Source: Thermofilum adornatum
GTDB lineage: Archaea; Thermoproteota; Thermoprotei; Thermofilales; Thermofilaceae
Length of the DNA: 32,000 nt
NCBI RefSeq assembly: GCF_000446015.1
Contig: NC_022093.1
Span: 1,680,001-1,712,000, forward strand
Direction: 5' to 3'
Below are positions 1 through 9,165 of the stretch, piece by piece (position 1 is the first letter of the stretch; each line of letters starts with the position of its first letter). The notes under the pieces were generated by a model, which worked only from the letters and a program-made list of their open reading frames with translations, was not told the origin of the DNA and searched no databases. A program made the translations under genes and the position numbers.

Positions 1-13
1 TAAGGTGAAGAGT

Positions 14-301
14 ATGAGTGAGAAAGTGAAAACAAGCCTGTTTATAAATCGAGCTCTATGGGAGGAGTTTAAGCTCAAAGTAGGAAGCCGTGTTGGGCTG
101 AGAGCTTTGAGCAGAGCTGTGGAAGAACTTCTAGAAGATGAGGTTGCCGAGTTAGTGGTAGCAGATGAGCTCTCAAAAATGGTAGAGACCTCATCACTCA
201 TTGAAGTCAAGCCTGTAAAGCCCAAGGTTCCCACTGACGCCAGCAAGGCTATAAGGGAGCTGAGGGAGAGAGAAAATGAAAAACCCAATAGTGTACCTTG
301 A
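14..301 (+). CDS. VapB-like antitoxin (putative ribbon-helix-helix type)
   Basis: ORF 5..301. The ATG at 14 is preceded by GGTGA (4-8), so it is preferred over the GTG at 5. The N-terminal KTSLFINRALWEEFK...LSRAVEELL fits a strand-helix-helix. The 26-nt overlap with the downstream PIN gene is the usual VapBC layout. Confidence 0.55.
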   Translation: MSEKVKTSLFINRALWEEFKLKVGSRVGLRALSRAVEELLEDEVAELVVADELSKMVETSSLIEVKPVKPKVPTDASKAIRELRERENEKPNSVP

Positions 302-731
302 TTCCAGCACAATCGTTAAACGTTACGTAGAAGAAGCTGGTAGCGAGGTTGCCCGCGATGTATACAACTCAGCATTGGCTGGCAACCTAACTCTTTCGTT
401 TTCAGCCTGGAATATTGGGGAGGTGCTGGGGGTTCTAGAGAGGTATCGAAGAAGAGCGTGGTTGGACGATGAAAGCTATGTAGCTGCAAGGATGATGTTT
501 ATCGGAGAAACTATAAGATTGTTGAAGCTTGGAGCTTTGATCCTTGTGCCTATCCGAGTTAGACTGCTCGCAGAGGCTTGGAGGCTCCAAGAAAAATACC
601 ACATTTACCAGGCTGATGCACTTCAAGTGGTTTCAGCCAAGTACGTAAAGGCGAACAAGATGTATACGGGGGACAGGAGTCTGCATAATGTAGCTCTTGC
701 AGAAGGGCTTCAGAGTGTCATACTTAAGTGA
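276..731 (+). CDS. vapC: PIN-domain ribonuclease toxin (VapC family)
   Basis: 151 aa. The N-terminal IVYLDSSTIVKRY carries the first conserved PIN acidic residue, and there are further acidic positions (E..., QADALQV, TGD). Size and pairing with a small upstream overlapping ORF fit the family. Confidence 0.8.
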   Translation: MKNPIVYLDSSTIVKRYVEEAGSEVARDVYNSALAGNLTLSFSAWNIGEVLGVLERYRRRAWLDDESYVAARMMFIGETIRLLKLGALILVPIRVRLLAEAWRLQEKYHIYQADALQVVSAKYVKANKMYTGDRSLHNVALAEGLQSVILK

Positions 732-865
732 AAATGATGAATTCCCGGGCTTTACAAGTATTGAGAGGCCATTCCATGAGATATAAATTCATAAAGTAAG
801 GTTTTTGAAAATTTAAAACAAAAATGGTTTAAAATAAAAATTTCCTTTTTACCTTCAAAAGCTTC

Positions 866-1579
866 TCAAAGGTTAGCAGGGGGAGGCGGTGGGGGAGGTG
901 CAGTCGGAGCCGTCTTTCTCATCGGCAGGACCATGTTTGCTATGGCGAAGATAGCTAATACTAATCCTAGAACCAAAAATATTGGGTTCCCCGCCATTGA
1001 GAGGCCTGACGCTGTTGGAGGAGTATATTCATATCGCAATGTATTCGTATCGCTTATGAACTTGATGTTTTTTGCCTCTTTTGGCAGGTTAATAGTTGAT
1101 GTGATTATCATTCTAGTATCTGTTGTAACCGCCCCAGCATAAGTGAATACTAAGGTGTTACCCGTCTGGGCTGAAAGTGTTACCTTCTGCTTTTCACTTG
1201 CAATCTTCATTTCCCAGTAATCCTTCTTATATACTGCGGCGCCCTTTATAACGTACTTAGCAATGATCCTGTTGTTTGCCTCGTCGACCTGAATATTGAG
1301 ATTTGTTATCTCGACATCAGTTCTTTTTGATTTGAAGAGTCTAGTTAGCATGCTCAGCATTGGGTACTGTTGTTTAAAGCTGGCGAAGGCAGTTGCAGAC
1401 ATGCTTATAACTTCCTCAACGTATGCATCCCCATTTTCCGCAATATTGTAGGTAGCCTTGTCCTCAAGCTCTAAGACCGCTATTGGCTGAACCTGTGCCC
1501 ACGTGGTAAAGCCATCTAATAGGATTATCGCGAGGAGCATTAATATTAGAATAGACAAGTACCTTCTCATTTTTATCAC
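866..1579 (-). CDS. Membrane-anchored surface protein, function unknown (C-terminal poly-Pro tail)
   Basis: It has an N-terminal signal/anchor (YLSILILMLLAIILL), a C-terminal TM helix (IFLVLGLVLAIFAIANMVL) and a PTAPPPPPPPANL tail. It overlaps the upstream gene by 4 nt (1576-1579). Confidence 0.6.
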   Translation of the reverse strand: MIKMRRYLSILILMLLAIILLDGFTTWAQVQPIAVLELEDKATYNIAENGDAYVEEVISMSATAFASFKQQYPMLSMLTRLFKSKRTDVEITNLNIQVDEANNRIIAKYVIKGAAVYKKDYWEMKIASEKQKVTLSAQTGNTLVFTYAGAVTTDTRMIITSTINLPKEAKNIKFISDTNTLRYEYTPPTASGLSMAGNPIFLVLGLVLAIFAIANMVLPMRKTAPTAPPPPPPPANL

Positions 1580-3159
1580 CCCAGCCTAAACGTTTGAATG
1601 ATAGATTCACATGTATTTATCATGTTCTGGTCGAAGACTTGGTAAAATATGATAAAGCCGTAACCCTGATACTCGAAGTACCTTGCAACTATGATAAAGT
1701 TTTGACCACTGAAACTATACTGATATGCAACTGCGTCAGCCTGGACACCTGATACTGACACCTTTTGTTCCTTTAAGACTTTCAAGTCACCCTGCTGGCT
1801 CATAGCGTTCTCAAAATAACTTCTCAACTCCTGTCTTTTGACGCCTTGAACCCACAAGACAACGATCAGGGCTTGGTCTTGATAGACAAAGTCGACCTCG
1901 TATGATCCATGCTGGGAAACAGTCCAACTCTTCGGATATGACATGCTCCACCTTGGCGAGGGGTTTGTATATTGTAGAGACCCACCTGTGCTAGGCTGGC
2001 CCGGCGAGCCTGAAGACGAGCCTTGTGATGGACTCTCAGACATGCCAGAGGGTAGCTTTATCCCCCACTTCGCGAGTGTGTCTGGCGGCAGGGTTTCGAG
2101 CTCGGGAGGAGTTATACCTAAAGCCTGAAAACCTTTAATATCTACTACATAATGTGGACCATTTATAGCTTCTTTTAACACTTTTACCCCTACCTGTACA
2201 GCCTCCTCGAATGAAACCTTCTGATTTAGTGTTGTTGTCTCTATCGGTATTATTTGTCTACTTTGTGGTAGCACTACAACCGTGAAGGCATGACCTGGCA
2301 TCAGGACTACATATGCGTCGAGACCCTGAGCGATAGCCAGCGAGGCAAAGAAGATTGCCGTGTCTAGACACGTCCCCGCCCTGTCCCTAATCACATCCCT
2401 TGGATACTTTACATACTGTGAAACCTGTCCTGTCCAAAATGCCTGTGGCTCTGTCTTATATGATATTCCATTGTAGACAGAGAGCTCCCACATTCCTGAC
2501 AAGCTTTTTAAGGCTTCCTCATCTGAAAGTGTTGCACCTGCGCCTCCAGCCAGCTTGTTGCCCATGTCTGCGTATTCCCTAACAACGGGGTCAGTGGGTG
2601 TTACAAATGCGGCTATTAGGGGATAGTTGCTGAATATGTCGTAGAACGTCCCGGTGTTTTCCTCTGGAGAGAGACTTGTAAATATAAAGTCATGTGCCCC
2701 GAGAATCTCTATTGATTTACTCTCAGTTATCTCCTTTTGGGCTCCCCTAGCATCGACATAGGTAATCTTGATGTTGACCTTTGAAGGGGTAGATGTCGTC
2801 AGCTTGGCGACCTCGCTGGAAACAATTGGGTAGTAGAGGTTTACAACAGTGCTTCCCGGCAACAGGACAGGGTATTTTCCGCCCTCAACCCAGTCAGAAT
2901 ATTTGTCAATGGAATAGGATATTTTCAAGTCATATATGGGTGATGTCCCGTTATTTGTAAGAATAACCTTTGCAACCCAGAGGCCTAGCTCAGGCCTACC
3001 ATATACCTTATACGCAGCGCTTATAATGTGTCTCGAGGTTAAGATTTTGTATTCTAGCTTTGGTTCGCCAGACGGTCCTCCCGGTATCGGTATAAAGTAT
3101 AGGGCGATTAGGAAAACTGCCAGTACTCCTAGAATTATGGACACAGTTCTTTTATCCAA
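1576..3159 (-). CDS. Membrane-anchored transglutaminase-like (papain-fold Cys/His) domain protein
   Basis: N-terminal TM helix (IILGVLAVFLIALYF). AGTCLDTAIFFASLAIAQGLDAYVVLMPGHAF resembles the Cys...His core of the transglutaminase-like superfamily. A Ser/Gly/Pro linker (SESPSQGSSSGSPGQPSTGGS) is followed by a C-terminal domain of about 130 aa. Confidence 0.6.
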   Translation of the reverse strand: MDKRTVSIILGVLAVFLIALYFIPIPGGPSGEPKLEYKILTSRHIISAAYKVYGRPELGLWVAKVILTNNGTSPIYDLKISYSIDKYSDWVEGGKYPVLLPGSTVVNLYYPIVSSEVAKLTTSTPSKVNIKITYVDARGAQKEITESKSIEILGAHDFIFTSLSPEENTGTFYDIFSNYPLIAAFVTPTDPVVREYADMGNKLAGGAGATLSDEEALKSLSGMWELSVYNGISYKTEPQAFWTGQVSQYVKYPRDVIRDRAGTCLDTAIFFASLAIAQGLDAYVVLMPGHAFTVVVLPQSRQIIPIETTTLNQKVSFEEAVQVGVKVLKEAINGPHYVVDIKGFQALGITPPELETLPPDTLAKWGIKLPSGMSESPSQGSSSGSPGQPSTGGSLQYTNPSPRWSMSYPKSWTVSQHGSYEVDFVYQDQALIVVLWVQGVKRQELRSYFENAMSQQGDLKVLKEQKVSVSGVQADAVAYQYSFSGQNFIIVARYFEYQGYGFIIFYQVFDQNMINTCESIIQTFRLG

Positions 3160-3543
3160 ATTTTCACCAAGCTTTCAGCGAGTATTTCTTCGCAAAACAG
3201 TTATTTAAAAATTCTGCTAAATGTTTTATTTTATTTTTACTATTAATGGGGGTTTCCGTTTAAAATGTATTTATACATGCCTAGTATCTTGTACAATAAG
3301 TATCTCAGGTTAAATAATGAATGTTCTCCTATCATCATAATATTGTGATGTTCATAAAATCTAAGTTAAACGTTTACTTTTAAGATAACAGACCACACCA
3401 TCCAGAAATATATACGTACCCCACCATAAACATATAAGCGGAAAAATCGAGCATCTAAAAACACAGTCTTTGGAGTCCATTCTAGAACACATAAAAAAAG
3501 TTTCTAGAGCGCTTCTGATGTTTGTAAACTTAGAGGGGACCAT

Positions 3544-4098
3544 CTAGGGGACTATATGGTGTTTTCTGCATCTTGCCTCGTATGTTTCTGAGCCGCCTAC
3601 GAGGACTCTTGGGCTGTCTCTTGGTGCAGGCTTGCCGTTTATGAGCCTCTGGGTCCTAGTGGCGGGTTTTCCGCAGACTTTGCATATTGCTGTCAAGCTT
3701 ACAACTTTGTCTGCGTAGGCGAGCAACTTCATTGTTGTTTCGAAGGGTTCTCCCTTGAAGTCTAGGTTTAGAGCTGAGACAACTATCATTTTTTCTATGG
3801 CTAGCTTGTTGAGTTCCTCTGCCAGTATGGATGGGAAGAATTGTGCCTCATCTATCCCTATAACGTCATAGTTTATGGTTTCGCTGGCTATTCTTTTTAC
3901 TCCTTCCTCGTCGGGAGGAACCACCAATGCGTTGATCTTTAGACCATTATGTGATATGACGCTTGATGGGTGATACCTCGTGTCTATTGTTGGCTTGTAT
4001 ATTACGACTCTTCTGCCAGCTATCATTTGTCTCTCGATTCGCCTTATAAGCTCTGTAGTTTTTCCCGAAAACATGGGACCAGTTATTACTACCAGCAT
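3544..4098 (-). CDS. tdk: Thymidine kinase
   Basis: The P-loop ITGPMFSGKTTELIRR, IGIDEAQFF and a C-terminal CxxC...C zinc ribbon (CKVCGKPA...ARCRKH) are present. The ATG at 4098 (MLVVITGPMFSGKT) is preferred over 4131 because an A/T box (cataaatttt) lies about 20-30 nt upstream of it. Confidence 0.9.
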   Translation of the reverse strand: MLVVITGPMFSGKTTELIRRIERQMIAGRRVVIYKPTIDTRYHPSSVISHNGLKINALVVPPDEEGVKRIASETINYDVIGIDEAQFFPSILAEELNKLAIEKMIVVSALNLDFKGEPFETTMKLLAYADKVVSLTAICKVCGKPATRTQRLINGKPAPRDSPRVLVGGSETYEARCRKHHIVP

Positions 4099-4155
4099 CA
4101 CAACTAGTATGATCCAACAAAATTTATGCAAATCCTTTAAAAATTAGGGAAAACC

Positions 4156-5370
4156 TCAATAAGTTTCCAGGTTTAGACCCAGGAGTCTTGCTACGCCGGA
4201 TAGTTCCTCAGTGTGGTCGCCTAAAACCAGTGCGTAGTGGTTTCCAAAGCTCCTATCCAATATTACTCTAGGCTGTGAAAGTTTGACCTTTACTTGTGTC
4301 CTGCAGTGCCTGTTACTCCATGGAGACTCTAGAATTGTGCCTGTAAATATTCGGAGAGTTTCTAGGTTAGGATTAACCCTGTATACTGTGACTTTTTCGC
4401 CTACGGGAAATTTTACCATTATTCCGACACCCCTGCCACTCTCGAAGTGGGTCATTAGAGAGTAGGACGAGATGAGGGGGGCCGTGCAGTGGGCGAAGAG
4501 GACACTGTCTCCACTTATAATTGCGGGGTTAGCCATGAAGACTGGCTGACCAGTTGACCATTCGCCTAGAACCATAGAGACGAGGAGAGGAACGTCTCCC
4601 TCGCAGGCTACTGGAAAGCCCATGGTATTTAGAAGTGAAAGAGCGAGGCAAGCGGTGGTGTCCAGTTCCTTTATAATGTCGAAGCATTTAATGGTCAAGC
4701 CGTCGAGGCTTTTTTCAGCTATAACTTGCTTGATGGCTAGGTACAACCTGTAGGCTTTCTGTATCTCGGACACTGGTATCTTTACTTCAAGTGCATTTTC
4801 TATTATTTCCCTGGGCACTTCTACTTCAGAGACAGAGTTGTAGGTTTTGACTAGTTCCTCTAGGGGGACCTCAACGAGTCCCGCCCCTAATCTCTTGTGT
4901 AGTGTTTCTGGCTCAACCTTGCTGTAGACAAGCCATGGGCTAATGCCACCTATCAGTCCAAGCCTTGCAACCCTTATCTTTTCATATGTCTTTTCTATGC
5001 GTCCAAGTTTCTCCAATAATTCCTGGATCTGCTGGGTGCCTTCCAGCTTTGCGACAGAGACATCTTTACCATTGTTTTTCAGGTATCCAACAGCCTCTAT
5101 GACTGCTGGCAGGCTGTTGTACTCCTCGATGTATAGCAGGTAAAGGAGCTTTGTCTTCTTGGCCAACGAGATTATTGTGTCCTCTGTTCCCCCCGTAGCT
5201 ACGAGGACAACTCTTGTCAGACATTCCCTTGCGTTTTCTCCTGACGTCAGTACACCCTCGTATAAGGCTCCATCTAACTTTCGCAACACTGGAGCCAAAT
5301 ATTGTGACTCTAGCCTGTTGCCTTGTTCAACGCCAAGGCTAGAAGCCGCGATGCTTATGCAGGGCGACAT
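4156..5370 (-). CDS. L-fucose/L-arabinose isomerase-like family protein (substrate unknown)
   Basis: 404 aa. FMANPAIISGDSVLFAHCTAP and the C-terminal FGNHYALVLGDHTEELSGVARLLGL resemble the FucI/AraA-like sugar isomerase family. A TATA-like aaagttttatagg box lies about 25 nt upstream. Confidence 0.55.
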   Translation of the reverse strand: MSPCISIAASSLGVEQGNRLESQYLAPVLRKLDGALYEGVLTSGENARECLTRVVLVATGGTEDTIISLAKKTKLLYLLYIEEYNSLPAVIEAVGYLKNNGKDVSVAKLEGTQQIQELLEKLGRIEKTYEKIRVARLGLIGGISPWLVYSKVEPETLHKRLGAGLVEVPLEELVKTYNSVSEVEVPREIIENALEVKIPVSEIQKAYRLYLAIKQVIAEKSLDGLTIKCFDIIKELDTTACLALSLLNTMGFPVACEGDVPLLVSMVLGEWSTGQPVFMANPAIISGDSVLFAHCTAPLISSYSLMTHFESGRGVGIMVKFPVGEKVTVYRVNPNLETLRIFTGTILESPWSNRHCRTQVKVKLSQPRVILDRSFGNHYALVLGDHTEELSGVARLLGLNLETY

Positions 5371-5430
5371 GTGGAAAATATAGGGCTCAAACCTATAAAA
5401 CTTTATTTGTCACGTGGGAATTTTCAAAAA

Positions 5431-7005
5431 TTAGGTTGTCTTCGGTGCCTTCTGGAGAGCAACTCCTCCCATTAGCATTCCGATTTCCTCAAGTGTAAAG
5501 TCACTGGTTTTTCCTTGTGCTACAAGTTTGCCTTCGTACATCACGGCTATTCTGTCTGACAACTGGAGTATTTCCTCCAAGTCTGCTGACACAAGTAAAA
5601 CTGCTTTGCCAGCATTTCTTGCTTCCAGTAAGAGCTCCCTCACATATAGAGTGGAGGCTATATCCAGGCCCTTCGTTGGGTGGACAGCCACTATAAGGGA
5701 CGACTCTCTGCTGAGCTCACGCCCCACGAGGAGCTTTTGCCTGTTTCCGCCGCTTAGACTCTTTGCTGGAGCAATAATTCTTGGAGCAACGACATTAAAC
5801 CTGGCTACTAGGTGTTCGGTATACTTTCTTACCTTCTCCCAGTCTATGCGGGACCCCTTTAGGAAAGAGGGCTCCCACTGACGGCCAATAATACTATTCT
5901 CCATGACCGTGAAGTCAAGTATCAACCCGTATCTCTCCCTGTCTCCCGGGATATGGGAGAGCCCACTCTTGTACATCTCTATAACGGACCTGTTTGTTAC
6001 CTCTCTGCCATTTAGGTATACTTTGCCCTTTTCAATCTTCCTCAAGCCTGTAACAGCCTCGATCAACTCGTTTTGCCCGTTTCCCTCTACCCCAGCAATG
6101 CCAAAGACTTCGCCAGCCCTTACCTCGAAAGAGACCCCTTTAACCGCTGGAACTCCCATGTCGTTGTTTACCCATAACTCTTCGACTTTGAGAATGGTCT
6201 CTCCTGTAATGGTCATGCGCTCAAGATGTGTCAACGCTTCTAGGTCTACTTCTTTCCCTACCATTAGCTCGGCGAGTTTTTCCGGAGTAGCATCTCCTGT
6301 TTTAAGTTGTCCAGCAACGGCTCCTTTCCTTAGCACAACTATTCTATCGGTTATCTCGAGAGCCTCTTTTATCTTGTGGGTTATGAATACGACGGAACCG
6401 CCTTGTTCCTTAAACCTCTTGACAAAATTGAATAGCTCTGAGACCTCCATCGGCGTCAGGAAAGTTGTGGGCTCGTCGAGTATGAGAACCTTTGTACCCC
6501 TGCTTAACGCCTTTATGATTTCTATTCTTTGTCTTTCTCCAAGCGACAAGCTTTCCACAGGAGTGTCTAGGGGTATCTTTAGGCCTAGCTTACTCGTGAG
6601 CTCCTCTATTTGTCGCCTGCCAAAGTCAAAATCTAGAGGTGTTAACGCCTGGAGAACGCCTTCGGAACCTTTTCCGGTTCCTAGGATTATGTTTTCTAGT
6701 GCAGTCATGTTTGGGACAAGTGTAAATACCTGGTGAACCATCGCTATGCCTCTGGCCAGGGCGTCTCTCGAAGAGGAGAACTTTACACGTTTTCCTTCTA
6801 CATAGATTTCTCCCTTAGTGGGCTTAATGAAGCCCGACAGTATCTTCATTAGTGTGGACTTGCCGGCACCGTTTTCACCGAGAAGTCCCAATATTTCTCC
6901 GGGGTAAATCTCTAAGTCGACACCTCTGAGTGCAACTGTTCCATCAGGGTATGTCTTGTGTATGTCCTTCATCACAACATAGGGCTCCTTCATTGCTAGT
7001 AGCAT
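5431..7005 (-). CDS. ABC transporter ATP-binding protein, duplicated ATPase (sugar/nucleoside CUT2 type)
   Basis: There are two nucleotide-binding domains: GENGAGKST + LSLGERQR + LILDEPT, and GVEGNGQNE + LSGGNRQK. The start is placed at ATG 7005 (MLLAMKEPYVVMKDIHKTY) or 6993. The 7161 start would overlap the divergent permease gene and adds a non-homologous 52 aa. Confidence 0.9.
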   Translation of the reverse strand: MLLAMKEPYVVMKDIHKTYPDGTVALRGVDLEIYPGEILGLLGENGAGKSTLMKILSGFIKPTKGEIYVEGKRVKFSSSRDALARGIAMVHQVFTLVPNMTALENIILGTGKGSEGVLQALTPLDFDFGRRQIEELTSKLGLKIPLDTPVESLSLGERQRIEIIKALSRGTKVLILDEPTTFLTPMEVSELFNFVKRFKEQGGSVVFITHKIKEALEITDRIVVLRKGAVAGQLKTGDATPEKLAELMVGKEVDLEALTHLERMTITGETILKVEELWVNNDMGVPAVKGVSFEVRAGEVFGIAGVEGNGQNELIEAVTGLRKIEKGKVYLNGREVTNRSVIEMYKSGLSHIPGDRERYGLILDFTVMENSIIGRQWEPSFLKGSRIDWEKVRKYTEHLVARFNVVAPRIIAPAKSLSGGNRQKLLVGRELSRESSLIVAVHPTKGLDIASTLYVRELLLEARNAGKAVLLVSADLEEILQLSDRIAVMYEGKLVAQGKTSDFTLEEIGMLMGGVALQKAPKTT

Positions 7006-7015
7006 TGTTTCCCGA

Positions 7016-7051
7016 ATATTTATTCTTTCTGTAGAAATCTTTTTAATTACA
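7016..7051. promoter_or_regulatory. Divergent promoter region between ABC ATPase and permease operon
   Basis: The 70-nt gap contains the A/T boxes aatatttatt (7016-7025) and ctttttaatta (7040-7050). The latter lies about 26-36 nt from both ATG 7076 (+) and ATG 7005 (-). Confidence 0.45.
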
Positions 7052-7075
7052 GAGAGAAATAATAGGGCGTACAAT

Positions 7076-8131
7076 ATGCAGAAGTTCAACCTTGATGTTC
7101 GTGGTGTGGCCGAGACATTAATAGCACTCCTCGCCGGGCTATTGGCATCCTCGATACTCATACTGTCCTACGGCTACGACCCTATCAAGGCGTTTTACTG
7201 GCTCTTTTATGGCGGCTTCGGAAGCCTAGAAAGCATTCTAGACACACTTGGATATGCTACACCACTCATGCTTACCGGCATCGCATTTGGGCTCTGTTTT
7301 AAGGGAGGAATGTTCAACGTCGGCGTCGAGGGGCAAGCATACATGGGAGCAATAGGAGCAATCATATTCGGCGGACTCGTTCCAAGGCTTCTCCCAATCC
7401 TGTCACCCTTCTCCCTAATATTGGCACTGGCCGGATCTATGCTTCTTGGACTTGCCTGGGCACTGCCGCCTGCACTGCTCAAGGCTTATAGAGGAGTCCA
7501 CGAAGTAATCTCCACAATAATGTTTAACTGGATAGCATACAACTTCGTAATGTTTCTTGTAAGGGGCCCACTCGTAAACCCATCCCGCCCAGAGATGTCT
7601 CTACCAGTAGTAGAAAACGCGAGGTTCAGCGTTGTTCCCGGGTCAGCCGTCCTAACCACCGCAATCCTGGTATCTATCTTTTCAGCTGTCTTGATACACC
7701 TCCTCTTAACGTTGACGAGGATCGGCTTTGAGATAAGAATCACTGGCTCAAATATTGACGCAGCTAAATATTCCGGTGTAAACTACAAAAATATCGTGAT
7801 AACATCTTTCCTACTCTCTGGAGCCCTCAGCGGCTTGGCAGGTGGACTTGTAATCACTGGGAGGCCGCCTGTGTGGGCTCTCTACGGAACCCTTGGAAAC
7901 ATAATGAATGTCGGCTTTGACGGTATGGGGGTAGCTCTAATTGGCAGGAACCATCCACTAGCAATCATTTTGTCAGGAATATTTATTGGTGGCCTATGGA
8001 ATGGGAGCAGACTGATGGAACCATACTCTGGTGTTTCCTCGGAGCTTAGCAGGGCAATTATAGGGCTGATTGTAATAGCTTTGTCTATACCCGAGCTATC
8101 AAAGAGGCTTTCCAGAATCCTCAAGGGGTGA
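7076..8131 (+). CDS. ABC transporter permease (BMP/nucleoside transporter type)
   Basis: A 351-aa polytopic membrane protein, divergent from the ATPase and followed by a second permease and a BMP-family binding protein. The motif ITGSNIDAAKYSGVNYKNIVITSFLLSGALSGLAGG is typical of this permease family. Confidence 0.85.
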   Translation: MQKFNLDVRGVAETLIALLAGLLASSILILSYGYDPIKAFYWLFYGGFGSLESILDTLGYATPLMLTGIAFGLCFKGGMFNVGVEGQAYMGAIGAIIFGGLVPRLLPILSPFSLILALAGSMLLGLAWALPPALLKAYRGVHEVISTIMFNWIAYNFVMFLVRGPLVNPSRPEMSLPVVENARFSVVPGSAVLTTAILVSIFSAVLIHLLLTLTRIGFEIRITGSNIDAAKYSGVNYKNIVITSFLLSGALSGLAGGLVITGRPPVWALYGTLGNIMNVGFDGMGVALIGRNHPLAIILSGIFIGGLWNGSRLMEPYSGVSSELSRAIIGLIVIALSIPELSKRLSRILKG

Positions 8132-8135
8132 CGCT

Positions 8136-9115
8136 ATGATAAAGAAAAGCCTTATCATAACAATTGTTGTCTTCGTTGCATTCCTCTTTTTACTTGAGTA
8201 CGCCGGGATAAGCTCCTTGAAAATAATTGACACAGCGCTCCTAGCAATGACTCCACTGGCACTGGCAGCCATAGGCGAGGTCATCAACGAAAAAGCAGGC
8301 GTAACAAACATAGGGCTAGACGGTATACTCCTAATCGGCGCTACGCTTGGAGTATACGGAGCCGAGCTGGCTGGAAACGGCTACATAGGGTTGCTTTTCG
8401 GCGCCTTGGCTGGTGCACTTATTGGATTTATACATGGAGTATTAAGTACATATGGAAGAGCCGACCAAGTGGTAGCAAGCATGGGAATCAACATTTTCGC
8501 GTATGGTTTCGTCCCCTACTTCCTAATGGCAGTATGGCACATGCCCGGCATACGTGTACCTCCAAAAGAGGTACTCGTACAGCTGTGGAATGTACCTCTA
8601 GGGAACTTTTACTTTGTGTTTAGCGAGCTAACTATCCTGGCCTTGCTTCTCACATTCGTATTCAACTGGCTGTTGCAGAAAACAGCCCTAGGCCTCTGGA
8701 TAAGGGCCGCAGGCGAGAGCCTGAGGCAATCGATGCTGCGGGAATAGACGTATACAAGGTCAGGATACTGACAGCCACAATTGGCAGTCTCCTTGCCGGT
8801 CTGGGAGGCGCCTTCATGTCTCTTGTATGGTTCAAGGGAGTTGTCAAGGAGATCTCGGCTGGAAGAGGCTTCATTGCCTTGGCGTGTGTCGTGGCAAGCG
8901 GTTTAGACCCAATTCTAGCCACAGGCTTCGCATTTCTCTTCGGGTTCTCAGAGGCAGTAGCCTATACTTTTGCTGTCACGCCGGGGATAAAGGAGACCAT
9001 TCCATATTACTTTGTATTCATGATACCCTACATTGTTACACTTGTCGTTGTTGCAGTGATGATAGGGAAGCGGAGATTCCCGAGGGCGCTTGGGGTACCC
9101 TATAAGAAAGAGTAA
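8136..9115 (+). pseudogene. Second ABC transporter permease, interrupted by a 1-nt frameshift near 8720
   Basis: Frame 0 reads ...WIRAAGES then LRQSMLRE*, with the stop at 8745-8747. The overlapping frame from 8720 reads PEAIDAAGIDVYKVRILTATIGSLLAGLGGAFMSLVWFKG...TAGRGFIALA, which is the expected continuation of the family. One extra C in the CC run at 8720-8721 would restore one ORF of about 326 aa. GGGGTGA lies just upstream of ATG 8136. Confidence 0.8.
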
Positions 9116-9132
9116 AAAACTTCAGCGTAAGT

Positions 9133-9150
9133 CTTATAAAGTTTATTAAA
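9133..9150 (+). promoter_or_regulatory. TATA-like box upstream of the binding-protein gene
   Basis: cttataaagtttattaaa is centred about 27 nt upstream of ATG 9166. Confidence 0.4.
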
Positions 9151-9165
9151 CCTTATTATTTCTGT

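Noticed and set aside
3290-3345. A C/D-box sRNA-like signal on the minus strand (ATGATGA ... 23 nt ... CTGA)
   Set aside because: There are no C' or D' boxes and no terminal stem. The span is only about 34 nt, against the 50-60 nt expected for archaeal C/D sRNAs. The context is very AT-rich, so the boxes are likely chance matches.
5903-6736. A 277-aa plus-strand ORF
   Set aside because: It is entirely antisense to the well-supported ABC ATPase gene. Its sequence is Ser/Pro/Thr-rich with low complexity, which is typical of a shadow ORF.
7006-7161. The 52-codon N-terminal extension of the ABC ATPase ORF
   Set aside because: The extension overlaps the divergent permease gene and its promoter region. 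It adds non-homologous sequence ahead of the normal MKEPYVVMKDI... N-terminus.
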